Assembly (NCBI GenBank): GCA_944377325.1
Contig: CALWEP010000035.1
Location: forward strand, 1 to 43,396
DNA from: an uncultured Lachnospiraceae bacterium
Lineage (GTDB): Bacteria > Bacillota > Clostridia > Lachnospirales > Lachnospiraceae
DNA: 43,396 nucleotides
Reading direction: 5' to 3'
The notes under the pieces were generated by a model. That model was not told where the DNA came from, did no database searches, and was given only the letters and a program-made list of their open reading frames with translations. The translations under genes were made by a program, and so were the position numbers. This document shows, piece after piece, positions 36,238 through 43,396 of the stretch; within the stretch, counting starts at the first letter, position 1; every line of letters begins with the position of its first letter.

Positions 36238-37218
36238 TCAGTCTTTTACGGCAAGTCCGCTGTGGTAGGAGTGATTTCCCAGCTCCTTCAGAAGAAGGTG
36301 GAAATCCTGGTCCTCCAGGGGAACGGAAGAAGTCAGGCTCTTGTTCAGCAGATAATACAGAAGGCTGCACTTGGAAAGAGCCTGATAAAACAGATCGGGA
36401 AATGCGGCATTGGATGCCAGGGCCTTGTCCCAGGGATTGCACCAGATTTCCCGATCGAGGTTCAGGCATTTCCTGGGATCAGAGACCTCGTCGGTCACCA
36501 GCTTGGCGGAGGCCACCGGATTTTTCAGGAAGATGGACTCCACAAATTCAATGCTGTTCTTCTTCCTGCCGGATTTGTCCGCCAGAGTGCGGCATCCGAA
36601 CCGCAGGGCCAGAATGGACCGGTGAACCATACGGGGACTGACCTGGAAGTTGTTCCTGTAGGTGATAGGGTAGTAGGTCTCGTTGATGCAGGAAGAGAGG
36701 AAGCGGGAGATAAACTGAATCTCCTGCCCGTTTAAACATATGGTAGCCGCCTGGTTGAACTGGGACGGCTTCTTTTTTTTGTACTTTTTCAGCAGAAGGG
36801 CGTCGATGTCATTTTCCAGAGAAGCGTGAAGGCCGTGGTGGTGGGTGGAAGGATTATTGATATCATAGCCGATCCTTCCATACACATAGGGGTGGCAGAT
36901 GGAATCTCCCACGTAATGGCAGATATACCCGGCCAGATAGGCAAGCCCCTGCTCCCTCTGCTGCCTGGAGGAGAGTCTGGACAAGTGGGTGAGATAGCAT
37001 CGGAAAAAATCGTTTACATGATGCTCGTGCATATAGGAGCCTACGTTCCGGTAATCCCGGTGGCGCAGGATGGGAATGTTGTAGAAAACCATTTCAGGAC
37101 CCTGGAGGCCCAGCTGAGAGAGCCAGCGGTATTTAGCGATAATATGCTTGAGCGGCTGGTATTTCATATCATTGTAGGCCTTCATGCCCATAATGTAATG
37201 AGTTGTGAATCCCGGCAT
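36238..37218 (-). CDS. zinc-dependent phospholipase C family protein
   Basis: N-terminal MPGFTTH, GLQGPE, MH, GYICHYVGDSICHPYV, HASLENDID; no signal peptide; alternative start 37230. Confidence 0.8.
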   Translation of the reverse strand: MPGFTTHYIMGMKAYNDMKYQPLKHIIAKYRWLSQLGLQGPEMVFYNIPILRHRDYRNVGSYMHEHHVNDFFRCYLTHLSRLSSRQQREQGLAYLAGYICHYVGDSICHPYVYGRIGYDINNPSTHHHGLHASLENDIDALLLKKYKKKKPSQFNQAATICLNGQEIQFISRFLSSCINETYYPITYRNNFQVSPRMVHRSILALRFGCRTLADKSGRKKNSIEFVESIFLKNPVASAKLVTDEVSDPRKCLNLDREIWCNPWDKALASNAAFPDLFYQALSKCSLLYYLLNKSLTSSVPLEDQDFHLLLKELGNHSYHSGLAVKD

Positions 37219-37251
37219 AAAATCCCTCATTTCTGAAATGTGTTCTTATGG

Positions 37252-37281
37252 GAATAAGTATAGCACATCCGGTCATAAAAT
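37252..37281 (+). promoter_or_regulatory. possible sigma-E (mother-cell sporulation) promoter for the amino acid symporter
   Basis: gaATAag ... CATAAAAT, with 17 nt between ATA and CATA (consensus 16). Confidence 0.4.
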
Positions 37282-37313
37282 GCGATAGAAAAGCGGCGGA
37301 AAGAGGGAGCGGA

Positions 37314-38642
37314 ATGATACACAGACTGCAGGAGCTGGTATGGGGACCGTGGATGCTGGCGGCTCTGCTGGGAATGGGGACGTATCTCACTGCCGCCGGC
37401 GGTTTTTTTCAGATCCGCGGCTTTCGACTGTGGTGGGGAGAAACGGGAGGCAGGCTGTGGAGAGGGGAGGGAGGGAAAAAAGGCGGGGGAATTTCCTCTT
37501 TTCAGACCGCCTGCACCGCACTGGCAGCCACCATCGGTACGGGAAATATTGCCGGCGTAGCTACGGCCCTCACCGCCGGAGGACCGGGAGCCATATTCTG
37601 GATGTGGATATCCGCCGCCATAGGGATGATGACCGCTTACGGAGAAGCCTGTATGGGAGTGCTTTATCGGAAAAGGGAAAACGGCCGATGGCTGGGCGGA
37701 CCGATGGTCTATCTGGAGGACCGGCTGGGGCTGGGAGCAGTCGGCCTGCTCTACAGTTTTTTCTGTGTAATGGCTTCTCTGGGAATGGGAAGCATGGTCC
37801 AGGCAAATGCCCTGTCTCAGACGGCAGCCTACAGCTTCGGGATTCCCCCGCTTTTCTGCGCGGCAGCAGTGACGGTGCTGGTGGGTGCGGTGGCGGCAGG
37901 GGGAGAGCGGCGGATAGCCGCCGTCTCCGGAGCATTAATGCCGGCAGCTTCGGGGATCTATACGGTTTTTTCCCTGATCGTGATTCTTTCCTGCTGGGAC
38001 CGTATTCCCGGCGTGCTTGTCTCTGTTTTTCGGTCGGCCTTTGAACCGGCTGCTGCCGTGGGCGGGTCCGCCGGATATCTGGTGAGCCGAAGCATGAGGT
38101 ACGGGGTGGCCAGAGGAGTATTTTCCAATGAAGCGGGTCTGGGCACCCTGGCGATTCTCCACGGAGCGTCGGAGGAAGGAACGGCTCAGCATCAGGGAAT
38201 GTGGGCCATGTTTGAGGTGTTTTTTGACACTATTGTGGTCTGCACGCTGACGGCCCTTGTGATTCTGCTGACGGTGGGAACGGAGGGAGGAGAGGGCAGA
38301 GACGGGGCGGCGCTGACGGCTCTGTGCTTTTCCCGCAGTCTGGGGCCGGCCGGAGAATACCTGGTGTCAGGGGCCATGATTCTGTTTGCTTTCGCAACCA
38401 TGGCGGCCTGGTCTTTCATGGGAAGGCAGGCCTGCCGCCATCTTCTCTCCAAAACGGCCGTTTCTGAGCGGCTGGGAAGCCGAATTTATATGCTTCTGTA
38501 TCTCAATGCGGTGTTTTTGGGATCTCTGGCCCGCCTGGAAACTGTCTGGGAGCTGTCAGACCTGTGGAACGGCCTTATGGCAGTTCCCAACCTGCTGGCT
38601 CTTTTTCTCCTCCGCAGGGAAATAGTGAAAAACATTCCTTGA
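37314..38642 (+). CDS. sodium:alanine/glycine symporter (AGCS/AlsT family)
   Basis: ALAATIGTGNIAGVA, GGPGAIFWMW, GGPM.YL, GVARGVFSNEAGLG, FFDTIVVCTLTA, NGLMAVPNL; start 37314 (alternative 37248). Confidence 0.92.
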   Translation: MIHRLQELVWGPWMLAALLGMGTYLTAAGGFFQIRGFRLWWGETGGRLWRGEGGKKGGGISSFQTACTALAATIGTGNIAGVATALTAGGPGAIFWMWISAAIGMMTAYGEACMGVLYRKRENGRWLGGPMVYLEDRLGLGAVGLLYSFFCVMASLGMGSMVQANALSQTAAYSFGIPPLFCAAAVTVLVGAVAAGGERRIAAVSGALMPAASGIYTVFSLIVILSCWDRIPGVLVSVFRSAFEPAAAVGGSAGYLVSRSMRYGVARGVFSNEAGLGTLAILHGASEEGTAQHQGMWAMFEVFFDTIVVCTLTALVILLTVGTEGGEGRDGAALTALCFSRSLGPAGEYLVSGAMILFAFATMAAWSFMGRQACRHLLSKTAVSERLGSRIYMLLYLNAVFLGSLARLETVWELSDLWNGLMAVPNLLALFLLRREIVKNIP

Positions 38643-38667
38643 CAGAAACGGCTTTTTTCAGTATACT
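38639..38667 (+). promoter_or_regulatory. sigma-A promoter for the riboswitch-antiporter transcript
   Basis: TTGACA (38639-38644, overlapping the symporter TGA stop) N17 TATACT (38662-38667). Confidence 0.85.
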
Positions 38668-38674
38668 TTTTGCT

Positions 38675-38772
38675 TGATGAAAGGGAGTAGCTTCCGTTGC
38701 AAAATGTTGTGTACAGCCGTCATCACAGTTAGAAATAACTCGGTGTGCATATAATAAGCGAGACTTTGATCG
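38675..38772 (+). ncRNA. yybP-ykoY manganese-sensing riboswitch aptamer
   Basis: L1 aagGGAGUAgc ... gcGAGAcuu; L3 ccGUCAUCAC; P2 cgtt-GCAA-aatg; P4 agtta-GAAA-taact; P3 tgtgtaca.ccg/cggtgtgcata; four-way junction. Confidence 0.88.
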
Positions 38773-38805
38773 TATGGTTGCCATGCGGAGAGGTCTCGTT
38801 TTTTT
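38758..38805 (+). terminator. riboswitch expression-platform terminator (ON-switch architecture)
   Basis: gcgagacttt.atcgtatgg-ttg-ccatgcgg.gaggtctcgt followed by a T-run; its 5' arm is the 3' strand of aptamer P1. Confidence 0.82.
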
Positions 38806-38853
38806 GTTGAGAAAAGAGACGGCAAAGAAAATTACAAGAGAGGAAGAGATGAA

Positions 38854-39786
38854 ATGGGAATGGTTTGTCTGTTGCTGATAGTGGGATTTGCGCTTCTGAT
38901 CAAAGGGGCGGATCTTTTTGTGGAAGGAAGTTCTTCAGTGGCAAAGCTGCTGCGGGTGCCGGCCGTGATCATCGGACTGACGGTGGTGGCCTTCGGCACC
39001 AGCGCGCCGGAGCTGGCGGTGAGCGTGACGGCAGCTCTCAGCCACAACAACGGAATTGCCGTGGGAAACGTAATCGGTTCCAATATTTTTAATCTTCTTA
39101 TGGTGACGGGACTGAGCGCCGCAGTGATGCTGATGCCGGCGGACAGAAAGATCATGGGCTGGGATTTTCCGTTCTCCATCGTGATTGCCGTTATTCTGCT
39201 GGCAATGATTGCCTTTGACCAGACCATGGGAAGGGCGGACGGCCTGCTGCTGCTGGCTCTGTTCGGATATTTTCTCTATAAGATTATCCGGTCTGCTCTG
39301 AAGGGAAGAGAAGAGCCGGCGGAGGAGATCGCGGTCCTGTCTCCCGCCAAAAGTGCCGTGTTTATCCTGGCAGGTCTGACAGCCATTGTAATCGGGGGAG
39401 ATCTGGTGGTGGACAGCGCCAGCAGCATTGCGGCTGCCTTCGGTCTGAGCCAGAACCTCATCGGCCTGACCATTGTGGCTGTGGGGACGTCCCTGCCGGA
39501 GCTGGTGACCAGTATGGTGGCGGCCGGAAAAGGTGAAAACGGGCTGGCACTGGGAAATGTGATCGGCTCCAATATTTTCAACATTCTGCTGATTCTGGGA
39601 GTGTCTTCCGTTCTCAGTCCCATTTCGGTGACAATTGTCACATCCTATGACCTGATCTGCCTGATTCTGTTCAGTATCATCTGCTGGTTTATGGGGAAAA
39701 GAAGAATGCGGTATAACCGGATGCAGGGCCTTGGAATGGTGGCAATGTATGCAGCTTATATGGCTTACATTATCCTCCGGGCATAG
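38854..39786 (+). CDS. calcium/sodium antiporter (CaCA, YrbG-like)
   Basis: Two alpha repeats GTSAPE / GTSLPE, each followed by GNVIGSNIFN; about 10 TMs. Confidence 0.93.
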   Translation: MGMVCLLLIVGFALLIKGADLFVEGSSSVAKLLRVPAVIIGLTVVAFGTSAPELAVSVTAALSHNNGIAVGNVIGSNIFNLLMVTGLSAAVMLMPADRKIMGWDFPFSIVIAVILLAMIAFDQTMGRADGLLLLALFGYFLYKIIRSALKGREEPAEEIAVLSPAKSAVFILAGLTAIVIGGDLVVDSASSIAAAFGLSQNLIGLTIVAVGTSLPELVTSMVAAGKGENGLALGNVIGSNIFNILLILGVSSVLSPISVTIVTSYDLICLILFSIICWFMGKRRMRYNRMQGLGMVAMYAAYMAYIILRA

Positions 39787-39817
39787 GCGGCCCCATGGAA
39801 AAAGAATAGTGCAGACG

Positions 39818-39855
39818 AATAAATCCGGGGGCCCCGCGCCACCCGGATTTGTATT
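39818..39855. terminator. hairpin terminator after the antiporter
   Basis: aataaatccggg...cccggatttgtatt inverted repeat. Confidence 0.6.
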
Positions 39856-39857
39856 AT

Positions 39858-39938
39858 AAAAAAGGGAGGAGAGCTGATAAAATCAGCCCAAGTATTATGA
39901 AAAAAATCTTTTAGTTCATAGCAGCTCTCGCTGTCTAT
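39858..39938 (-). ncRNA. candidate ~80-nt small regulatory RNA
   Basis: Minus strand -10 TATACT (39950-39945) 6 nt upstream; 5' hairpin AUAG.CAGC-GAGA-GCUG-CUAU; unpaired UUUUUUUCAUAAUACUU; 3' hairpin GGGCUGAU-UUU-AUCAGCUC, then UCCUCCC and U6. Confidence 0.55.
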
Positions 39939-40034
39939 GGTTGTAGTATAGATGGGAAACATGAAGAAAAAATGTTGATTGTGTAAATGGATTTTAAATA
40001 TATTTTGAACAAAATATGAACAGCTGCAGGCCAG

Positions 40035-40063
40035 GCATAACCGGCCGGAAACCCTCATAGGAT
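40035..40063 (+). promoter_or_regulatory. sigma-E-type sporulation promoter
   Basis: gcATAac N14 CATAGGAT matches the sigma-E consensus spacing. Confidence 0.55.
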
Positions 40064-40092
40064 AGTATGGATTGGAAAAAAAGGAGGCAGGC

Positions 40093-40521
40093 ATGAGAGG
40101 GATTTTCAACAAAAAAATGGTCATGGCGGCGGCGCTGATGCTCTGGGTATTTCTGGTGAGGTTTTCTGCCGGATGCGCGCAGGAGACGGAACCGGCGAAG
40201 GTGAGGGATCTGGATTTCACGGTGGTGGGAAACCGGGAGGTGCCGGAGGAACTGCAGGGAATTATTGAGGAGAAGAAGACGGCTCCCTTCAAGCTCACCT
40301 ACTCCGACGGACAAGGGCTGTACATAGCGGAGGGTTACGGGGAGCAGGAGACCGGAGGCTACAGCATTGCAGTGAGGGAGCTGTACCTGACAGAGGAGGG
40401 GATCGTGTTCCGGGCGGAACTGATGGGACCGGAAAAGGGAGAGGACGGAGGAGAGGAGAAGTCATATCCTTATATTGTGGTCAAGACGGAATACCTGGAA
40501 GATCCGGTTATCTTCCGGTGA
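40093..40521 (+). CDS. PrcB C-terminal-domain protein, possible lipoprotein
   Basis: Signal peptide with SAGC; YGEQETGGYSIAV and SYPYIVVK motifs of PrcB_C; start 40093 behind SD AAGGAGG. Confidence 0.8.
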   Translation: MRGIFNKKMVMAAALMLWVFLVRFSAGCAQETEPAKVRDLDFTVVGNREVPEELQGIIEEKKTAPFKLTYSDGQGLYIAEGYGEQETGGYSIAVRELYLTEEGIVFRAELMGPEKGEDGGEEKSYPYIVVKTEYLEDPVIFR

Positions 40522-40680
40522 ACCCATCGGCAGCAGGGGAAGACGGGCAGGAAGGATTTTCTGCTGGCGAAAAGGCGGAATATGAGCTATGATGTACTGG
40601 ACGGGCATGGGAGGGGGCCGTATGGGAACGGACCCTCTTTCTGCCTGCGGAATAAATGAAAAATCAGGAGAAAATACCTT

Positions 40681-41544
40681 ATGAAGACTCCCTGTCAGAG
40701 AATAGAGAGCAGCATTATCAAGCAATTTCGAAAAGAAATCTGGCGGCCCTTTGTCCGCGCCATGCAGGAATACCGGATGGTGAAGGAGGGAGACCGGGTG
40801 GCCGTATGTATTTCCGGGGGCAAGGATTCCATGCTTCTGGCAAAGTGCATGCAGGAGATCAGGCGCCACGGAAACGTGGATTTTGACCTGGAATTTCTGG
40901 TGATGGATCCGGGCTATCACCCCGACAACCGGAAAATGATTGAAGAAAATGCCCGGCTCATGGAGATTCCCGTGACCGTTATGGAATCGGATATTTTTGA
41001 GGCGGTGACGGATGTGAAGGACAATCCCTGCTACCTGTGCGCCAGAATGCGCCGAGGCTTCCTCTATGCCGGGGCCGCCAGACTGGGGTGCAACAAAATC
41101 GCTCTGGGCCATCATTTTAATGACGTAGTGGAAACGACCTTGATGGGAATGCTCTACGGAGGCCAGTTCAACACCATGATGCCTAAGCTTCACAGCACCA
41201 ATTTCCCGGGGATGGAGCTGATCCGTCCCCTGTACTATGTGAGGGAGGAGGATATCCTGGCTTGGAAGGATTACAATGAGCTGCGGTTCCTCCAGTGCGC
41301 CTGCCGCTTCACGGAGCAGATCGCCAGAGAACGGGAGGCGGCCGGAGAGCGGGTGAACGCGGCGGATATTGTCCACACTTCCAAAAGGCAGGAGATTAAG
41401 GAGCTGATCGCAGCTTTGAAAAAGAACAATCCCGGAGTGGAAAACAATATTTTAAAAAGCGCGGAAAATGTCAATCTGGATATCTGCCTGGGGTATGTTT
41501 CAGGAGGAGTGCGCCATCATTTTATGGACCGCTACGGAGAGTAG
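40681..41544 (+). CDS. ttcA: TtcA-family tRNA thiolation (PP-loop) protein
   Basis: ISGGKDS PP-loop, DPGY, PCYLCARMRRG, ALGHHFND, LIRPL, CAC. Confidence 0.8.
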   Translation: MKTPCQRIESSIIKQFRKEIWRPFVRAMQEYRMVKEGDRVAVCISGGKDSMLLAKCMQEIRRHGNVDFDLEFLVMDPGYHPDNRKMIEENARLMEIPVTVMESDIFEAVTDVKDNPCYLCARMRRGFLYAGAARLGCNKIALGHHFNDVVETTLMGMLYGGQFNTMMPKLHSTNFPGMELIRPLYYVREEDILAWKDYNELRFLQCACRFTEQIAREREAAGERVNAADIVHTSKRQEIKELIAALKKNNPGVENNILKSAENVNLDICLGYVSGGVRHHFMDRYGE

Positions 41545-41547
41545 AGC

Positions 41548-41576
41548 ACATAAAAGCCTGCCGGACAGCATAGAGT
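41548..41576 (+). promoter_or_regulatory. sigma-E-type sporulation promoter for the SipL-like gene
   Basis: acATAaa N14 CATAGAGT. Confidence 0.6.
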
Positions 41577-41610
41577 TTCTTATAAAAATTGTGAAGGAAG
41601 GCATGGCGAC

Positions 41611-43176
41611 ATGGAGCTGGTAAAGAAAAATATCAGGATGAGCCGGTGGAAGAACCAGGCGGCTGCTCAGCTGACCCTGGATGAGGATTTTATTGTGCCG
41701 GATACAATGGAAGATATGGAGCAGGTGGTGCTGGATACAGGCACCGTACAGATTGAGGCCTCCAGGCCTCAGGGGGAAAAGGTGGCCATCCGGGGAAAGC
41801 TGGACTTCAAGGTGCTCTACAGAAAGGAAGGGGGAGGCCTGAGGGCGCTGGGAGGCTCTCTTCCCTTCGAGGAGACGGTGAATGTACCGGATCTGCGGGA
41901 ACATGACTTTGTGAATGTATCCTGGGAGCTGGACGATCTGAGCGCAGGGATGATCAATTCCCGGAAAATGAGCATAAAGGCTCTGGTCACCTTAAAGGTT
42001 CAGGTGGAAACGATCTATGACGCGGAGGCGGCAGCGGACGCGGCGGCGTCGGGAAACGGGGAAGAGCTGGAGACTCTGAAGGAAGAACTGGATGTGGCGG
42101 GGATTGCCGTCCGGAAAAAGGACACGTATCGGGTAAAAGAGGTGATTCCTCTCCCGGGCAGCAAGCCGAATGTGGAGAAGATTCTCTGGAGCGAGGTGCG
42201 CCTGACGGGAACCTCCGGCCGTCCGGGAGACGGAAACCTGCATATTGACGGAGAGCTGTCCGTATTTGTGATCTATGACGCGGAGGGAGAGGACGCTCCC
42301 GTACAGTGGCTGGAAGAGAGCGTTCCTTTTTCCGGAGAGCTGGAGGTGAGCGGGTGCCGGGAAGAAATGATTCCTGTGATATCCCTTCGCCTGGTCCACA
42401 GAGAGGTGGAGGCGAAGCCGGACTATGACGGGGAAATGAGAGAGCTGGAACTGGATGCGGTGATCGAAGCGGACATCCGGCTCTACGAGGAGGAGAAAAT
42501 CCGCCTGCTCAGCGACCTGTACTCCACCAACAGAGAGCTGATCCCGGAGACGGGAGAGGTCTGCTTCGATCAGATTCTGACCAGAAATCTCTGCAAATGC
42601 AAGATCGGAGAAAAGCTGGAGATCAGCCGCCAGGACCGTATTCTTCAGATCTGCCACAGCCAGGGAACCGTGAGAATCGACGAGACAGAGATCAGGGAAG
42701 ACGCCCTGTACATAGAAGGGGCCCTGGAGGTACAGCTTCTGTACATGACGGATGATGACAGCCAGCCCATTCAGTCCGCGACGGAGGCAGTGCCCTTCCG
42801 CCAGTCGGTGGAGGCCAAGGGAATCGGGGAGGAGAGCATCTGTCAGGTCAGCGCCGGATTGGACAATATGTCGGCGGTTATGCTGGGAGGAAGCATGGTG
42901 GAAATCAAAGCGGTGATCAACCTGGACCTTCTGGTGCTGCGCCCCGTATGCCGGCAGGTGATCACCGGAGTGCAGGTACAGCCTATGGACGTGGAAAAGC
43001 TCCAAAGCCTCCCGGGAATTGTGGGATATATTGTCCAGCCGGGAGACTCTCTGTGGAAAATCGCAAAAAAATTTCACACTACGGTGGAAAACGTAATGGA
43101 GGCCAACGGACTGACCTCCGATCAGATTTCCCCGGGGGAGAGACTGATTCTGATTAAGGAAATTGCCCAGGGCTGA
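41611..43176 (+). CDS. sipL: SPOCS (DUF3794) repeat + LysM spore coat morphogenetic protein (SipL-like)
   Basis: Three SPOCS-like repeats (GKLDFKVLY...LPF; GELSVFVIY...VPF; GALEVQLLY...VPF); C-terminal LysM YIVQPGDSLWKIAKKFHTTVENVMEAN. Confidence 0.85.
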   Translation: MELVKKNIRMSRWKNQAAAQLTLDEDFIVPDTMEDMEQVVLDTGTVQIEASRPQGEKVAIRGKLDFKVLYRKEGGGLRALGGSLPFEETVNVPDLREHDFVNVSWELDDLSAGMINSRKMSIKALVTLKVQVETIYDAEAAADAAASGNGEELETLKEELDVAGIAVRKKDTYRVKEVIPLPGSKPNVEKILWSEVRLTGTSGRPGDGNLHIDGELSVFVIYDAEGEDAPVQWLEESVPFSGELEVSGCREEMIPVISLRLVHREVEAKPDYDGEMRELELDAVIEADIRLYEEEKIRLLSDLYSTNRELIPETGEVCFDQILTRNLCKCKIGEKLEISRQDRILQICHSQGTVRIDETEIREDALYIEGALEVQLLYMTDDDSQPIQSATEAVPFRQSVEAKGIGEESICQVSAGLDNMSAVMLGGSMVEIKAVINLDLLVLRPVCRQVITGVQVQPMDVEKLQSLPGIVGYIVQPGDSLWKIAKKFHTTVENVMEANGLTSDQISPGERLILIKEIAQG

Positions 43177-43223
43177 GAGAAAAACAGGAACCAAAAGAAA
43201 AGGGCCGCATAGAATAGAGTAGG

Positions 43224-43386
43224 GCTGCCGAAGACGGCAGCGCTTCCCGCCGGCAGACACTGCACACGGCCGGTGCTTGATATAGATCCGGAGAAATCCC
43301 GGCAGTACGGGAGGGACCTGGGCGGCTGCGGCCGGAGGCCGCCGCCGTTACATAGGGGCGGTGTCTGCCTCTGTCAGGGCGGGAAG
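43224..43386 (+). ncRNA. highly structured region, probably the 5' leader of the next (out-of-window) gene
   Basis: 7-bp hairpin 43224-43241; long-range 9-bp helices 43243-43251/43378-43386 and 43252-43260/43361-43369 enclosing internal hairpins; SD-like GAGGGAG right after; AC-N16-CATAGAATA (sigma-K-like) upstream. Confidence 0.45.
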
Positions 43387-43396
43387 AGGGAGAAGA

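Noticed and set aside
1-43396. CRISPR arrays, tRNA/rRNA genes, IS elements
   Set aside because: No repeat-spacer periodicity, cloverleaf or rRNA signatures, or transposase motifs seen; intergenic gaps are short

Overview
Window from a spore-forming Clostridia chromosome, most consistent with Lachnospiraceae (inferred from gene content and promoter styles). Positions 1-32.6 kb are a large cell-wall/surface polysaccharide locus. It holds precursor enzymes (rmlD, rmlC, glmM, glf, rfbF/G/H), a Wzm/Wzt ABC exporter split by a YgjP-like gene and mgsA, and two Wzx-type flippases. It also holds many GT2/GT8/GT4 glycosyltransferases, two likely Und-P/GT-C side-chain systems, two LicD phosphotransferases, an L,D-transpeptidase, a LicC-like cytidylyltransferase fused to a class I/II PLP enzyme, and a methyltransferase followed by a kinase-like/coiled-coil/GT2/GT4 protein. 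Positions 32.6-43.4 kb carry an XRE regulator, a BCCT transporter, a lipoprotein, a ComEC/Pce-type metallo-hydrolase, a Zn-phospholipase C family protein and an alanine/glycine:cation symporter. They continue with a yybP-ykoY (Mn) riboswitch ahead of a CaCA antiporter, a candidate ~80-nt sRNA, a PrcB-type protein, a TtcA-family protein, a SipL-like spore coat protein and a highly structured region at the right edge. The best leads are: (i) a LicA/LicB-independent CDP-aminoalcohol decoration pathway with possible salvage/editing genes, (ii) a split Gram-positive WbdD-like capping/ruler module, (iii) an incomplete CDP-3,6-dideoxyhexose pathway directly followed by LicD and a GtrB-like gene, and (iv) the candidate sRNA with anti-SD and anti-start-codon segments. 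No mobile element, CRISPR array, tRNA or rRNA was seen. All calls come from motif recognition by eye; no database searches were run.
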